In this document: positions 1 to 10,108 of the stretch, in pieces
Numbering within the stretch: position 1 is the first letter of the stretch
Layout: every line of letters begins with the position of its first letter
NCBI GenBank assembly: GCA_025361885.1
Contig: JANYJF010000008.1
Coordinates: 99,263-163,262, forward strand
Reading direction: 5' to 3'
Length of the DNA stretch: 64,000 bases
Source of the DNA: Coriobacteriia bacterium
GTDB lineage: Bacteria; Actinomycetota; Coriobacteriia; Anaerosomatales; PALSA-660
Notes under the pieces: generated by a model
The model's input: the letters and a program-made list of their open reading frames with translations, nothing else
Database searches by the model: none
What the model was told of the DNA's origin: nothing
Made by a program: the position numbers and the translations under genes

Positions 1-334
<334 letters not shown>

Positions 335-1252
335 CTACAAGACCTCCTCGAGAACGGCATCGATGCCGCGCTCCTCGACCGAGATTGCTTCGAGTCCCTC
401 GACCCGGCGCGCCAGACCCTTCAGCACCGCGCCAGGACCGCACTCTACGAGCATGTCGATACCCATGTCCCGGAGCGCGCGCATCGTCTCCGCCCAGCGC
501 ACCGGCGACGTGATCTGCGCCTTGAGCCGCTCCTTGATCGCAGCGGCGTCGATCGACGGCTGCGGATCGGCGTTCTGAATGACCGGGATGACCGCGTCGG
601 CGAAGCTCGCCGCATCCAGCAGCATGTTGAACGAGTCCGCGGCGGGTCCCATGAGCGCGCTGTGGAAGGGTCCCGCGACAGACAGCGGGACCACCTTGCG
701 CGCACCCGCCTCCGCCAGCAGCCGGTGAGCCGTCTCAAGACCCTCGTGCGAGCCGGACAGGACCACCTGTCCGGGTCCGTTGTCGTTGGCGACCCACACT
801 CCTGAGATTCCCTCGACCAGGTCCGTGACGGTCTCCCGGTCCATGCCCAGGACCGCGACCATCCCTCCCGGCGTCGCCAGAGCGCGCTCGGCCATCAGGC
901 GCGAGCGCTCCACTACCAGCTCGAGCCCCGCCTCGACCGAGAACACCCCGGCCGTGGCCAATGCGGCGAACTCGCCGAGAGAGTGGCCGGCGACTGCCAC
1001 TGGCGCCACACCGGCGTCGAGCAGCGCGGCTCCCCAGGCCCAGTCGGCCAGATACAGGAGCGGCTGAGCCGCGCGGGTGTCTGAGAGCTGTTCCGGTGTG
1101 CCCGAGTGCGCGATGTGGCGAAGGTCGAGGTCCGAGAGCGCCTCGGCGGCGTCGAGCAGACGCTCGACCGCCTCGCGGTCAGGCAGGACCTCGAGCATGC
1201 CGTGGCGCTGCGAGCCCTGACCGGGGAACACCAGCGCCGAGGTGCGAGCCAT
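335..1252 (-). CDS. fabD: malonyl-CoA:ACP transacylase
   Basis: ORF 335..1324. Likely start is ATG 1252 (MARTSALVFPGQGSQ, typical FabD N-terminus). GHSLGE nucleophile motif present. Confidence 0.9.
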   Translation of the reverse strand: MARTSALVFPGQGSQRHGMLEVLPDREAVERLLDAAEALSDLDLRHIAHSGTPEQLSDTRAAQPLLYLADWAWGAALLDAGVAPVAVAGHSLGEFAALATAGVFSVEAGLELVVERSRLMAERALATPGGMVAVLGMDRETVTDLVEGISGVWVANDNGPGQVVLSGSHEGLETAHRLLAEAGARKVVPLSVAGPFHSALMGPAADSFNMLLDAASFADAVIPVIQNADPQPSIDAAAIKERLKAQITSPVRWAETMRALRDMGIDMLVECGPGAVLKGLARRVEGLEAISVEERGIDAVLEEVL

Positions 1253-1262
1253 GGCCGCCTCC

Positions 1263-2207
1263 CTACCCTGAGAACCGCGACAGCGAGGCGATGACGGCCT
1301 CGGCACCGGACACGAGGTCCGCAACGATCTCGGCAGCGGGACGGACGTCTCCCACCATGGCGGCGCACTGTCCGGCCATCAGGGAGCCGTACTCGATGTC
1401 CCCATCGCGCATGCACAGCGCGAGCTTGCCCGCCCCCAGAGCCTCGATCTCCGCCGGCTTGTTCGCCCGGTCGAGCTCCTGGATCTGCTTCGCGAGCCTG
1501 TTCTTGAGGACACGCACGGGATGGCCCGTCGACATGCCGGTCACCATCGTGTCGCGGTCCTTCGCCTTGATGACGCGCTCCTTGACCGAGTCGTGGATCG
1601 TGCACTCGGTGGCGCACATGAACCGTGTGCCCACCTGGACGCCCTCGGCGCCCAGAGCGAATGCCGCCGCGACGCCGCGACCATCGGCGATGCCGCCGGC
1701 CGCGATCACCGGGATGCTAACGGCGTCGACGAGCTGCGGCACGAGCACCATGGTGGTGAGCTCGCCGATGTGTCCGCCGGCTTCCATGCCCTCGCCGATG
1801 ATGGCGTCCGCGCCCATCGACTCCATGCGCCTCGCGAGCGCCACGGAAGGCGCGATCGGCAGGACCTTGATGCCGGCCTCCTTGAGCGCCGCGATGTACT
1901 TGCTGGGGTTGCCCGCGCCGGTCGTGACCATGGCCGGGCGTTCCTCGAGGACCATGGTGACGATGTCGTCGATGTGCGGCGTGAGCAGCATGAGGTTCAC
2001 GCCGAAGGGCTTGTCCGTGGCCAGCTTCGCGCGTCGTATCTGCTCGCGAAGAAGGTCGGTGGGCATGTGACCAGCACCGATGACGCCGATGCCGCCGGCG
2101 TTGGAGACGGCCGCGACCAGCTCCCAGGTCGCGGTCCACGCCATGCCGCCCTGGATGATGGGATGCTCGATACCCAGCAGTGTCGTCAGTCTGGTACGAA
2201 GGGCCAT
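1263..2207 (-). CDS. fabK: enoyl-ACP reductase II / nitronate monooxygenase family
   Basis: 314-aa ORF with LLGIEHPIIQGGMAW N-terminus and AAGGIADGRG FMN-binding pattern. Located between fabH and fabD. Confidence 0.85.
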   Translation of the reverse strand: MALRTRLTTLLGIEHPIIQGGMAWTATWELVAAVSNAGGIGVIGAGHMPTDLLREQIRRAKLATDKPFGVNLMLLTPHIDDIVTMVLEERPAMVTTGAGNPSKYIAALKEAGIKVLPIAPSVALARRMESMGADAIIGEGMEAGGHIGELTTMVLVPQLVDAVSIPVIAAGGIADGRGVAAAFALGAEGVQVGTRFMCATECTIHDSVKERVIKAKDRDTMVTGMSTGHPVRVLKNRLAKQIQELDRANKPAEIEALGAGKLALCMRDGDIEYGSLMAGQCAAMVGDVRPAAEIVADLVSGAEAVIASLSRFSG

Positions 2208-2210
2208 GAT

Positions 2211-3203
2211 CTAGACGTCCTCCTCCTTGGTCCACCGTACGATCGCGGCGCCCCATGTGAGGCCCGCGCCGAATCCGACCAGCGCCAGCGTCTGCCCGGG
2301 CCGAAGTCGCCCGGCGGTGTAGAGCGCGTCGATGGCCAGCGGTATCGACGCCGAGGAGGTGTTCCCCGTGTCGCGAATGGTCGAGACGACGTGATCGTGG
2401 GAGATGCCCAGGCGGTCCGCGATGGTGTCGATGATCCGCTGGTTGGCCTGGTGCGGGACGAGCCAGTCGACGTCCTCGACCCCGAGGTGCGACTCGCGAA
2501 GGGCCTGCTTGGTGACCTGCGGGATGCGCCGCACCGCGAACTTGAAGACCTCGTTGCCGTTCATGACCATGAACTGCTCGCGGGCGGCCATGCGCTCCGG
2601 TGTGAGCGGTGCCGCCGAACCGCCCGCCGGCACCATGAGCATGTCCGCGCCGGTCCCGTCGGCGCCGAGGTGGACGCCGAGGACGCCAGGATCTTTCGAG
2701 GCCCGCAGTACGACCGCTCCAGCGCCGTCGCCGAACAGCACACAGGTGGTCCGGTCGGTGAAGTCCACGATGCTCGACAGCGTGTCCGCGCCGATGACCA
2801 GGACCGTGCGAGCGCGGCCGCTCTCGATGGTGCTCGCGGCCAGCTGCAGCGCATAGATGAATCCGGTGCACGCCGCGTTGATGTCCATCGCGGGGCACGT
2901 GAGCCCCATCTTCGCCTGTGCCAGGGCCGCCGCGGAGGGCATCAGCATGTCGGGGGTCGACGTGGCGACGATCAGCAGGTCGACCTTGCCCGGCTCCACT
3001 CCCGCGTCTTGGATGGCGACGGTCCCTGCACGGGCCGCCATGTCCGAAGTGGCCTCACCCTCGGCCGCGATCCGACGCTCGGCGATGCCCGTGCGGGACA
3101 GGATCCACTCGTCCGACGTGTCGACCATGCATTCCAGGTCCGCGTTGGTCAGGCGGCGTTCCGGAAGGTATGAACCGATGCCGATGATGGCGGCATACGT
3201 CAT
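2211..3203 (-). CDS. fabH: 3-oxoacyl-ACP synthase III
   Basis: Start moved to ATG 3203 (MTYAAIIGIGSYLPER). Catalytic Cys context NAACTGF plus HQANQRI and GNTSSASIP motifs. Confidence 0.9.
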   Translation of the reverse strand: MTYAAIIGIGSYLPERRLTNADLECMVDTSDEWILSRTGIAERRIAAEGEATSDMAARAGTVAIQDAGVEPGKVDLLIVATSTPDMLMPSAAALAQAKMGLTCPAMDINAACTGFIYALQLAASTIESGRARTVLVIGADTLSSIVDFTDRTTCVLFGDGAGAVVLRASKDPGVLGVHLGADGTGADMLMVPAGGSAAPLTPERMAAREQFMVMNGNEVFKFAVRRIPQVTKQALRESHLGVEDVDWLVPHQANQRIIDTIADRLGISHDHVVSTIRDTGNTSSASIPLAIDALYTAGRLRPGQTLALVGFGAGLTWGAAIVRWTKEEDV

Positions 3204-3287
3204 GGCTCTTGCGAGGCTCCTCATGGCTACCGGCGATGCGAGTGCATCATGGTACACGAATTGTCCGCCGCGGGCGGCACGCACGGA

Positions 3288-4379
3288 TCAGGCGTTGGAC
3301 GATCGCGGCGCGTCATCGGCGAGAGCGAGCGAGGCGGCGATGCGTGCGGTCACATCCTGCCGGACCGCCTGCGCTGCTACCCGCAGCGCCGACGCCACCG
3401 CGCGCGGACCCGAGGACCCGTGTCCGATGAGGATCAAGCCCTTCAGCCCGAGCAGCGGAGCGGCGCCGAGCTCATCAGGATCCAGCCGCTCCACCAGGCC
3501 TTTGAGCCTGGGCCTGAGCACGGCCGACGCCAGTCTGGTCGCCGCAGTCGCCGTCATCGCATCCCGGACCTGGCCAAGCAGGCTCTTGGACAAGCCCTCC
3601 ATGAGCTTGAGCGCGACGTTGCCGGTGAAGCCGTCGGTCACGATGACGTCCGCGCCTCCGGTCGGGATGTCCCGGCCTTCGACGTTGCCGGTGAAGCCGG
3701 GGACTGACGCGGCCATCAGCATGTGCGCCTCCTGCGCCAGCAGCGAACCCTTTGTGGGCTCCTCGCCGATGTTGAGCAGCGCAACGCGCGGCTGATCGAT
3801 ACCGAGCGCCGCCTGCGCGTAGGCGCGACCCATCAGGGCGAACTGCACGAGGTGTTCGGGCTTGCAGTCGGCGTTGGCGCCCACGTCGAGCATCACGCAC
3901 GGATCGCTGGTGGTGGGGAGCGCGGTGGCGATCGCCGGGCGCATGACGCCGGGCAACCGACCAGTCACGAGGGTGCCGCCCGCCATCATCGCGCCGGTGT
4001 TGCCGGCGGAGAAGAACGCATCGGCCTCGCCGTCGCGTACCAGCCGGCAGCCGACCACGATCGAGGACTCCTTCTTGCTTCGAACGGCGCTTGCGCCGTG
4101 CTCGTCCATACCGATGGAGTCCTCGGCCACGATCGCCTCGACATGCGTGTGCGCCGCCGCGAAGGCCTCGACCACGGAGGCCGGGCCGATGAGTACGACG
4201 ATGAGCCCCGGGTCGGCGGACAGAGCGGTGGTCACGCCTTCGAGCACGGCTGCGGGAGCGAAGTCGCCCCCTACGGCGTCAACGGCTATACGGGTCGGGG
4301 GTCGCGGCACGTCCACGCATCCTTCCGGGAGCGGTTCCAAACGGGTCCCACGTGAGTCGGACCGCTCGCGGGCGATCAC
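3288..4379 (-). CDS. plsX: phosphate acyltransferase PlsX
   Basis: RIAVDAVGGDFAP and FTGNVALK motifs. GTG 4379 overlaps the upstream stop (GTGA). Exact start uncertain. Confidence 0.85.
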   Translation of the reverse strand: MIARERSDSRGTRLEPLPEGCVDVPRPPTRIAVDAVGGDFAPAAVLEGVTTALSADPGLIVVLIGPASVVEAFAAAHTHVEAIVAEDSIGMDEHGASAVRSKKESSIVVGCRLVRDGEADAFFSAGNTGAMMAGGTLVTGRLPGVMRPAIATALPTTSDPCVMLDVGANADCKPEHLVQFALMGRAYAQAALGIDQPRVALLNIGEEPTKGSLLAQEAHMLMAASVPGFTGNVEGRDIPTGGADVIVTDGFTGNVALKLMEGLSKSLLGQVRDAMTATAATRLASAVLRPRLKGLVERLDPDELGAAPLLGLKGLILIGHGSSGPRAVASALRVAAQAVRQDVTARIAASLALADDAPRSSNA

Positions 4380-5446
4380 AGTCCGAAGGCTGCCAGCAGG
4401 TCGTCGACGGACACGCCAGCGACGAACATCTCGCGTATCTTATCAGCCTTGCCGCGGCCATGGAGGCGCACCTGGCCCATGATGCCCTCGAGCTTCTCGA
4501 CGGCCGTCAGAGTGTCCATGTCCACGAGCACCATCGGCACGCCCAGTTCGTCCGCCCGTGCCAGCACGAGTGACGACGGCGGCATGTTGCCCGTGAGCAC
4601 TATCGCCGAGGTGGACGTCTCGAGCGCCGCCAACTGCACGTCAGCACGATCGCCACCGGTCACGACCGCCTTGTGCGCCCTGCGACGGAAGAACCGCAGC
4701 GCCTTCTCCTGGCCCATCGCTCCGATCATGAACGACTCCACGGGCTCGTCGAGGTGGTCCTCGGCGCACAACACGGTGCCTCCCAGCTCCTCCACAAGCT
4801 CCGCAACGGTTATGGACCCGAGTGTCGGGTCGTCGGCGAGCATCCCGAAGTAGGCGATCTTGCGGCTCGCGTAGAACGGCACCACGTGATCGATGATCGA
4901 CGCGGCGCGGGCTTCATGGATCCGGTTGAGGACCACGCCGCCGAGCCGTTCGCCGAGGCAGTCCGCGGCTCCCAGCACCGAGTCGGGGATCTCCAGATGC
5001 TCGGGATGGTCGACCATCAGGACACGCGCGTCGAGCATGTCAGCCACGGCGCACAGGTGAACGCCGGCGGCCATCCCCTGGAAGACGTCGGACGGGCCCT
5101 CCACCACCATCACGTCGCGTCCCTTCGACACGATCTCGAACGCCTCGCGCACGCGCTCGGCAGGGGCGGGCTCGCGACCCAGCAGGACTTCCTCGATGAA
5201 GCGCTCGCTTCGCACGATCGCGCACACCGAGCCGACTGGTCCGGGCGTGGGAAGGGTCGAGTTGATGTAGTAGGCGTCCCTGTCGGTGAGCACGTCGCCG
5301 GCGCGGTACGGCATCGTGCCGTAGGGCTTGAAATAGCCTGCGTCGAGGCCGCGCTCTCGCAGCTCCCCGAGCAGCGCCACACAGATGCCTGTCTTGCCGG
5401 CGTACCGCGTGGTCGACGCGACGATGATCGTGAGCATGGCGCTCAT
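4376..5446 (-). CDS. Pta-N-terminal-like protein (P-loop-like domain + DRTGG domain, no PTA catalytic domain)
   Basis: Start ATG 5446 overlaps the ACD stop (ATGA). STTRYAGKTGI P-loop-like N-domain and VVTGGDRADV DRTGG-type segment. Ends without a phosphotransacetylase catalytic domain. Confidence 0.7.
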   Translation of the reverse strand: MSAMLTIIVASTTRYAGKTGICVALLGELRERGLDAGYFKPYGTMPYRAGDVLTDRDAYYINSTLPTPGPVGSVCAIVRSERFIEEVLLGREPAPAERVREAFEIVSKGRDVMVVEGPSDVFQGMAAGVHLCAVADMLDARVLMVDHPEHLEIPDSVLGAADCLGERLGGVVLNRIHEARAASIIDHVVPFYASRKIAYFGMLADDPTLGSITVAELVEELGGTVLCAEDHLDEPVESFMIGAMGQEKALRFFRRRAHKAVVTGGDRADVQLAALETSTSAIVLTGNMPPSSLVLARADELGVPMVLVDMDTLTAVEKLEGIMGQVRLHGRGKADKIREMFVAGVSVDDLLAAFGL

Positions 5447-7539
5447 CCTCCGATGCCGATGCGGATATCCACGGCGAGGGCTCCCCCGCCGCGCTCCATG
5501 ACCATGAGCGGATTGATGTCGAGCTCCAGTATGTCGTCGAGGTCGCTCGCGAGGGCAGAGACCCGCACGATGACGTCCACGATGGCGTCGATGTCCGCCG
5601 GGCTCTCGCCGCGTGCCCCGCGAAGAAGGGCGAAGGCCTTGACTTCGCCGACCATCGCTCGCGCCTCTCCTGGTGACACCGGGCACATCCGGAACGTGAC
5701 GTCCTTCATGACCTCCACGTAGATCCCGCCGAGCCCGAACATCACGAGCGGACCGAAGGTGGGGTCGCGGTTGATGCCGACGATCACCTCTCGGCCCGCC
5801 GGGATCATCTGCTGCACCGTGACGCCCCAGATCAGGGCGTCGGGCATGCGGCTGCGCGCACCGTCGACGAGTTCCCCGTACGCCCGGGTGACCATGTCGA
5901 GATCCGTGACTCCGAGCCGGATCCCGCCCAGATCCGACTTGTGCAGGATGTCCGGGCTGGCGATCTTCATCGCGACCGGGAAGCCGATCTTCGCGGCGAG
6001 CAGCCGTGCCTCCTTGACGTCGCGCGCGAGCCCGCCGGCGGGCACGCTGATCCCGTAGGCCGTCGCCACCGCGGCGGCGCGCTCCTCTGTGATCGTCATG
6101 CGCCGGGCAGCGTGCGCCTCATCGATGATGCCACGGACAGCTTCGCAGTCGGCGGCGACCGGCTGTGCCTGCGGCTGCGGAGCCGCGAGATGCGCGCGGT
6201 AGCGCTCCATCGCCGCCAGAGTCTTGACCGCACGTTCGGGGAACTCGTACGAGGGCACGCCCGCGGCCGACAGCGCGCTGCGCCCAGCGGCGACGGCCCG
6301 GTCGCCCATGAAACAGCCGAAGACCGTCAGCCCGGTCTCCTTGGCCACGGCGGCCACGGCATCGGCGGTCTCGACCGCCTGGGTGGGTGCTTGTGGCGTG
6401 AGTATCACGAGGATGGAGCGGACGTTGGGGTCGGCGGCCAGTATGCGCGCGGCCGTCTCGTACCTGTCCGCCTTGGCATCCCCGAGGACGTCGACAGGGT
6501 TGTACACCGCCGCGGCCGGGGGAAGCGCCGCCCGAAGGGCCTCGGTCGTCTCGCGCTCGAGGCCTGCGAGTCCCACTCCCAAGGATTCGCACGCGTCCGT
6601 GGCCATGATCGCCGGCCCACCCGCGTTTGTGAGGATTGCGAGGCCCGGACCCGCGGGCAGCGGTTGCTTGGAGAAGCCCTCCGCGAAGTCGAACAGGTCC
6701 TGGACGGTATCGGCGCGGATGATGCCGGCTTTGCGGAACGCGGCCTCGTAGGCCGTCTGCGACCCCGCGAGAGATCCGGTGTGCGAGGAGACCGCTCTGG
6801 CTCCGGCGTCAGAGCTCCCGGCCTTGAGCACGATGAGCGGCTTGCTCGCCACGAGCGTGCTCGCGACATCCACGAATCTGCGCCCGTTCGCGATCGATTC
6901 CAGATACGCCACGACCACCCGTGTGTCCGGGTCCTCGGTCCACGCCTGGATCAGATCGCTCTCATCGAGGTCGGCCTTGTTGCCGAGAGACACGAACGCC
7001 GACAGTCCGATCCCGGCACCAGCCGCCCAGTCGAGGATCGCGGTCCCCAAGGCTCCGGACTGGGACATGAACGCGATGCCGCCCGCGGGTGGGACGGTGC
7101 TCGAGAACGAGGCATTGAGCTTCGTTCGCGTTGAGATCAGTCCCAGGCAGTTGGGGCCGAGAAGGCGCACTCCACGCTCGGCGGCGGCGACGATGAGCGC
7201 ACGCTCCATCGCTGCGCCGGCTGGCCCGGTCTCCTTGAAGCCGGCCGAGATGACGATGGCCGCTTTGACGCCCACGTCGCCAAGCTGTGTCACCGCATCC
7301 AAGCAGAGGTCGGCCGGCAGCGCGATCACGGCAAGGTCAGGAACCGTGGGGATCTCGGCGACGCTGTGATAGCAGCGGACGCCCGCGATCTCGTCTGCGC
7401 GCGGATTCACCGGATAGACGGGGCCGTCGAAGCCTGCCGACAGCAGGTTGTCGAACACCGCGCGTCCGACGCCGCCCGGCTCACGCCCGACGCCGATGAC
7501 GGTCACGCTCTTAGGGTCGAAGAACCCCTTCAGCGACAC
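5443..7539 (-). CDS. acetyl-CoA synthetase (ADP-forming), fused alpha/beta (acyl-CoA synthetase NDP-forming family)
   Basis: CoA-binding N-terminus (VTVIGVGREPGGVGRAVFDNL), phospho-His loop SSHTGSLAG and C-terminal ATP-grasp region. Preferred start is GTG 7539, 8 nt after GGGAGG; the ORF extends to TTG 7587. Confidence 0.8.
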   Translation of the reverse strand: MSLKGFFDPKSVTVIGVGREPGGVGRAVFDNLLSAGFDGPVYPVNPRADEIAGVRCYHSVAEIPTVPDLAVIALPADLCLDAVTQLGDVGVKAAIVISAGFKETGPAGAAMERALIVAAAERGVRLLGPNCLGLISTRTKLNASFSSTVPPAGGIAFMSQSGALGTAILDWAAGAGIGLSAFVSLGNKADLDESDLIQAWTEDPDTRVVVAYLESIANGRRFVDVASTLVASKPLIVLKAGSSDAGARAVSSHTGSLAGSQTAYEAAFRKAGIIRADTVQDLFDFAEGFSKQPLPAGPGLAILTNAGGPAIMATDACESLGVGLAGLERETTEALRAALPPAAAVYNPVDVLGDAKADRYETAARILAADPNVRSILVILTPQAPTQAVETADAVAAVAKETGLTVFGCFMGDRAVAAGRSALSAAGVPSYEFPERAVKTLAAMERYRAHLAAPQPQAQPVAADCEAVRGIIDEAHAARRMTITEERAAAVATAYGISVPAGGLARDVKEARLLAAKIGFPVAMKIASPDILHKSDLGGIRLGVTDLDMVTRAYGELVDGARSRMPDALIWGVTVQQMIPAGREVIVGINRDPTFGPLVMFGLGGIYVEVMKDVTFRMCPVSPGEARAMVGEVKAFALLRGARGESPADIDAIVDVIVRVSALASDLDDILELDINPLMVMERGGGALAVDIRIGIGG

Positions 7540-7650
7540 GGACCAGCCTCCCTCGGGATCGGTTCCGACCGGACCGGAAACGTCCAACGGCGTCCGTCCG
7601 CATGATGCGGGCGGACGCCGGTCGCAACTCCACTACAAGCCGAACGAGGC

Positions 7651-7827
7651 CTAGTCGGTCTCGACGACTTCCTTGCCCTTGTAGTACCCACACGAGGGGC
7701 AGACGTGATGCGGCAGCTTGGGCTGGTGGCACTGAGGGCACTCGGACTGGGCCGGGTTCACCAGAGCGTCGTGGGCGCGGCGCATGCGGACTACAGCGCG
7801 CCCGGTCTTCCTCTTGGGGACAGGCAT
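7651..7827 (-). CDS. rpmF: 50S ribosomal protein L32 (zinc-ribbon form)
   Basis: [19 protein letters not shown]..., with CPQC...CPSC. Start ATG 7827 with an upstream GAGAGGGA. Confidence 0.9.
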   Translation of the reverse strand: MPVPKRKTGRAVVRMRRAHDALVNPAQSECPQCHQPKLPHHVCPSCGYYKGKEVVETD

Positions 7828-7965
7828 GGTTCCCTCTCGCTTCTCACTTGGCGCGGTCACACCCCTGTTCAGGGGTCATGGAGGCGCGGTTCTACCATGG
7901 TTTCTGGTCACGGCCACCCGTGGGCGGCACGGTGACGAATCATAGCACAGGCCGTCGAGCGAGTG

Positions 7966-8508
7966 CTACGAATCGCCCAGCTTGTCGTCGTCGAGCGGGA
8001 GCATGTCCTTCAACGCGGCGAACGGCGAGGACGGAGCGGCGACTTCGCACGTGCACGGAGTGACGTTCCGGTCGCCTCCGCACACCGGGCATATCCCCTT
8101 GCAGGCCGCGTCGTGGACTGGCGCGAAGGGGAACTCGACGGCGACGGACTGCTCGAGTGCCGGATACAAGTCGACGCGGTTCTCGTGGATGACGTCGTAC
8201 TCCTGCTCGTCCGGGATCTCGGCCTCGCGGCCGGGAAGCACGTAGTATGCGTCGATGGCAGCCGACACGGGCAGGTCGAAGTCCTGCAGGCATCGCACGC
8301 AGGTCGCCCGAGCGGTCACGCTCACGGTCCCCGTGGCCACGATCTGACCAGCGCCGCCGTTGGTGAAGGTCACGGTGTAGTCGGCGGGGCCCGCGAACGA
8401 GTAGTGCTCCGCGCCGAGGTCGACATCGTCGAGCACGACCCGGTCTGTGATGGTCATGGTGTTGCCGAGCGCCTCGAGGACGCCGGCCAAGTCCACCGGA
8501 AGTCGCAT
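7966..8508 (-). CDS. yceD: YceD/DUF177 family protein (large-subunit rRNA accumulation protein)
   Basis: Directly upstream of rpmF, as in most bacteria. C-terminal Cys cluster CKGICPVCGGDRNVTPCTC. Start ATG 8508 (MRLPVDL). Confidence 0.8.
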   Translation of the reverse strand: MRLPVDLAGVLEALGNTMTITDRVVLDDVDLGAEHYSFAGPADYTVTFTNGGAGQIVATGTVSVTARATCVRCLQDFDLPVSAAIDAYYVLPGREAEIPDEQEYDVIHENRVDLYPALEQSVAVEFPFAPVHDAACKGICPVCGGDRNVTPCTCEVAAPSSPFAALKDMLPLDDDKLGDS

Positions 8509-8548
8509 GGCAGTGTCCGATCGGGATGGAGTGAAGGGCCGGACGCCT

Positions 8549-9007
8549 CTAGGCGCGCTGGTTGACCTTGCCCTGGAGACGGTCACGCCCGCGCTGGACG
8601 GCCGTCAGGAGCTTGCCCAGGTTGACCTCGAGGTTCGCCAGCATCTCATCGGCGTAGTCCTCGGCGCCGAGGCGGATCTCGCGCTCCTGCTGGCGCGCGC
8701 GGTCCATGATATCGGCTGCCTGCTGCTCGGCCAGGCGTACTATCTCCTGCTCGGCGGCCATGGAGTCGGCTCTGGACTTCGCCTCTTCGAGGATGCGGTT
8801 CGCTTCCTTCTCCGCCTCTTCGAGCATCTCCTGTCGTTCCTTGACGATCCAGCGGGCCTGCTTAAGCTCGTCGGGGAACTGCGCGCGGACTTCGTCGATG
8901 ATCTCGTAGACCTTCTCGGTGTCCACGAGCCGTGACCGCGTCAAAGGCAGACTGCGGGAACCGTCCATCGCCTCTTCGATCCTGTCGATCAAGGCCATGA
9001 TGTCCAT
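8549..9007 (-). CDS. coiled-coil protein of unknown function (ATP-synthase b / V-ATPase H-like heptads)
   Basis: 152-aa ORF with strong RBS GGGAGGA. E/A/R/Q-rich, predicted long helix. Conserved position downstream of coaD. Confidence 0.6.
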   Translation of the reverse strand: MDIMALIDRIEEAMDGSRSLPLTRSRLVDTEKVYEIIDEVRAQFPDELKQARWIVKERQEMLEEAEKEANRILEEAKSRADSMAAEQEIVRLAEQQAADIMDRARQQEREIRLGAEDYADEMLANLEVNLGKLLTAVQRGRDRLQGKVNQRA

Positions 9008-9023
9008 CGTACAGGTCCTCCCT

Positions 9024-9518
9024 TTATCGCGCCGTCTCGCGCAAACGTACGCTCATTATCTGACTGACCGGGTCCGGCACGAGCCCCTCGACGGAGCCCC
9101 CGAACCCGGCGATCTCCTTGACCGCAGAAGAACTCAAGTACATGTACTCCGGGATGGACATGATGAACATCGTCTCGATGCGGTCGTCGAGCCGGTAGTT
9201 CAACTGTGCCATCTGGAACTCGCGTTCGAAATCCGTCACGGCCCGCAGGCCCTTGATGATGACTCGCGCGTCGAGCTCTCTGGCCAAGTCTACCAGAAGT
9301 GAATCAAACGGACGTACGGACACATTGGGCAGGTGAGCGACCGCGTCACGAATGAAGGCGGCTCTCTCGTCGATGGAGAAGAGCGGCCCGCCGCCCTTCT
9401 CCGGGTTGAGAGCGACGGCGACGATGACCTCGTCGAACAGTCCGCTCGCCCTTTCGATGACGTCGAGGTGCCCGTTCGTGACGGGATCGAACGTTCCGGG
9501 ACACAGCGCGCGGTTCAT
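9024..9518 (-). CDS. coaD: phosphopantetheine adenylyltransferase
   Basis: MNRALCPGTFDPVTNGHLDVIERA (T/HxGH motif). ATGA overlap with rsmD. Confidence 0.92.
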   Translation of the reverse strand: MNRALCPGTFDPVTNGHLDVIERASGLFDEVIVAVALNPEKGGGPLFSIDERAAFIRDAVAHLPNVSVRPFDSLLVDLARELDARVIIKGLRAVTDFEREFQMAQLNYRLDDRIETMFIMSIPEYMYLSSSAVKEIAGFGGSVEGLVPDPVSQIMSVRLRETAR

Positions 9519-10108
9519 GTCGTCTCCGTCGTCGGTGGCAAGCGCCGCATGATGGTCACACTCGTCGATCCGTACCGGCGCGTCCTCTCGATCTTGAACC
9601 CTTGTGGAGCGATCGGAGCGGTGGCGGACGCGTGCTCGTAGACCACGACCACCTCCGCGGTCAGGGAGCCCTCCCCCGCCAGCGCCTCAACGAGCCCCGC
9701 CACCTGCGCCGATGCGATTCTATACGGCGGGTCCAGCAAGAGCAACGCGAAGGGCCCTGTCGTGGCAGCCGACGCCCTCGTCGCGGCCGAGAACGCGTCA
9801 CCCGCCACGACCCGCGCCGCCGGGGCGCAGGCCCCCAGTGAGGCGATGTTCGCCGTCAGGACGCCGCGCGCCACCGCGTCGTTCTCGACGAACGCGACCC
9901 TCGACGCGCCACGCGACATCGCCTCGAGCCCGAGCGCACCGCTGCCCGCGAAGGTGTCGAGCACGGCGCCTTCGCCCAGGTCGCATCCCATCATCGAGGC
10001 AAGCGAGCTGAACAGGGCCTCGCGCACGCGATCCGAGGTCGGGCGGGTCCAGTCGCCCTTGGGGGCGTCGATGATGCGCCCCCGCCACGTTCCGGCCACG
10101 ATCCTCAT
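9515..10108 (-). CDS. rsmD: 16S rRNA (guanine966-N2)-methyltransferase
   Basis: Start ATG 10108 (MRIVAGTWRGR...PTSDRVREALF). LLLDPPY motif. ATGA overlap with the recG stop. Confidence 0.85.
   Translation of the reverse strand: MRIVAGTWRGRIIDAPKGDWTRPTSDRVREALFSSLASMMGCDLGEGAVLDTFAGSGALGLEAMSRGASRVAFVENDAVARGVLTANIASLGACAPAARVVAGDAFSAATRASAATTGPFALLLLDPPYRIASAQVAGLVEALAGEGSLTAEVVVVYEHASATAPIAPQGFKIERTRRYGSTSVTIMRRLPPTTETT

Noticed and set aside
1521-3173. 550-aa plus-strand ORF, and similar long ORFs at 26066-27613, 41346-43115, 39421-40764, 28274-29848 and 16151-17563
   Set aside because: All lie antisense or out of frame to genes with strong family motifs (fabK/fabH, priA, dnaE2, metK, HD-GYP). 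Their composition is typical of non-coding frames in high-GC DNA.
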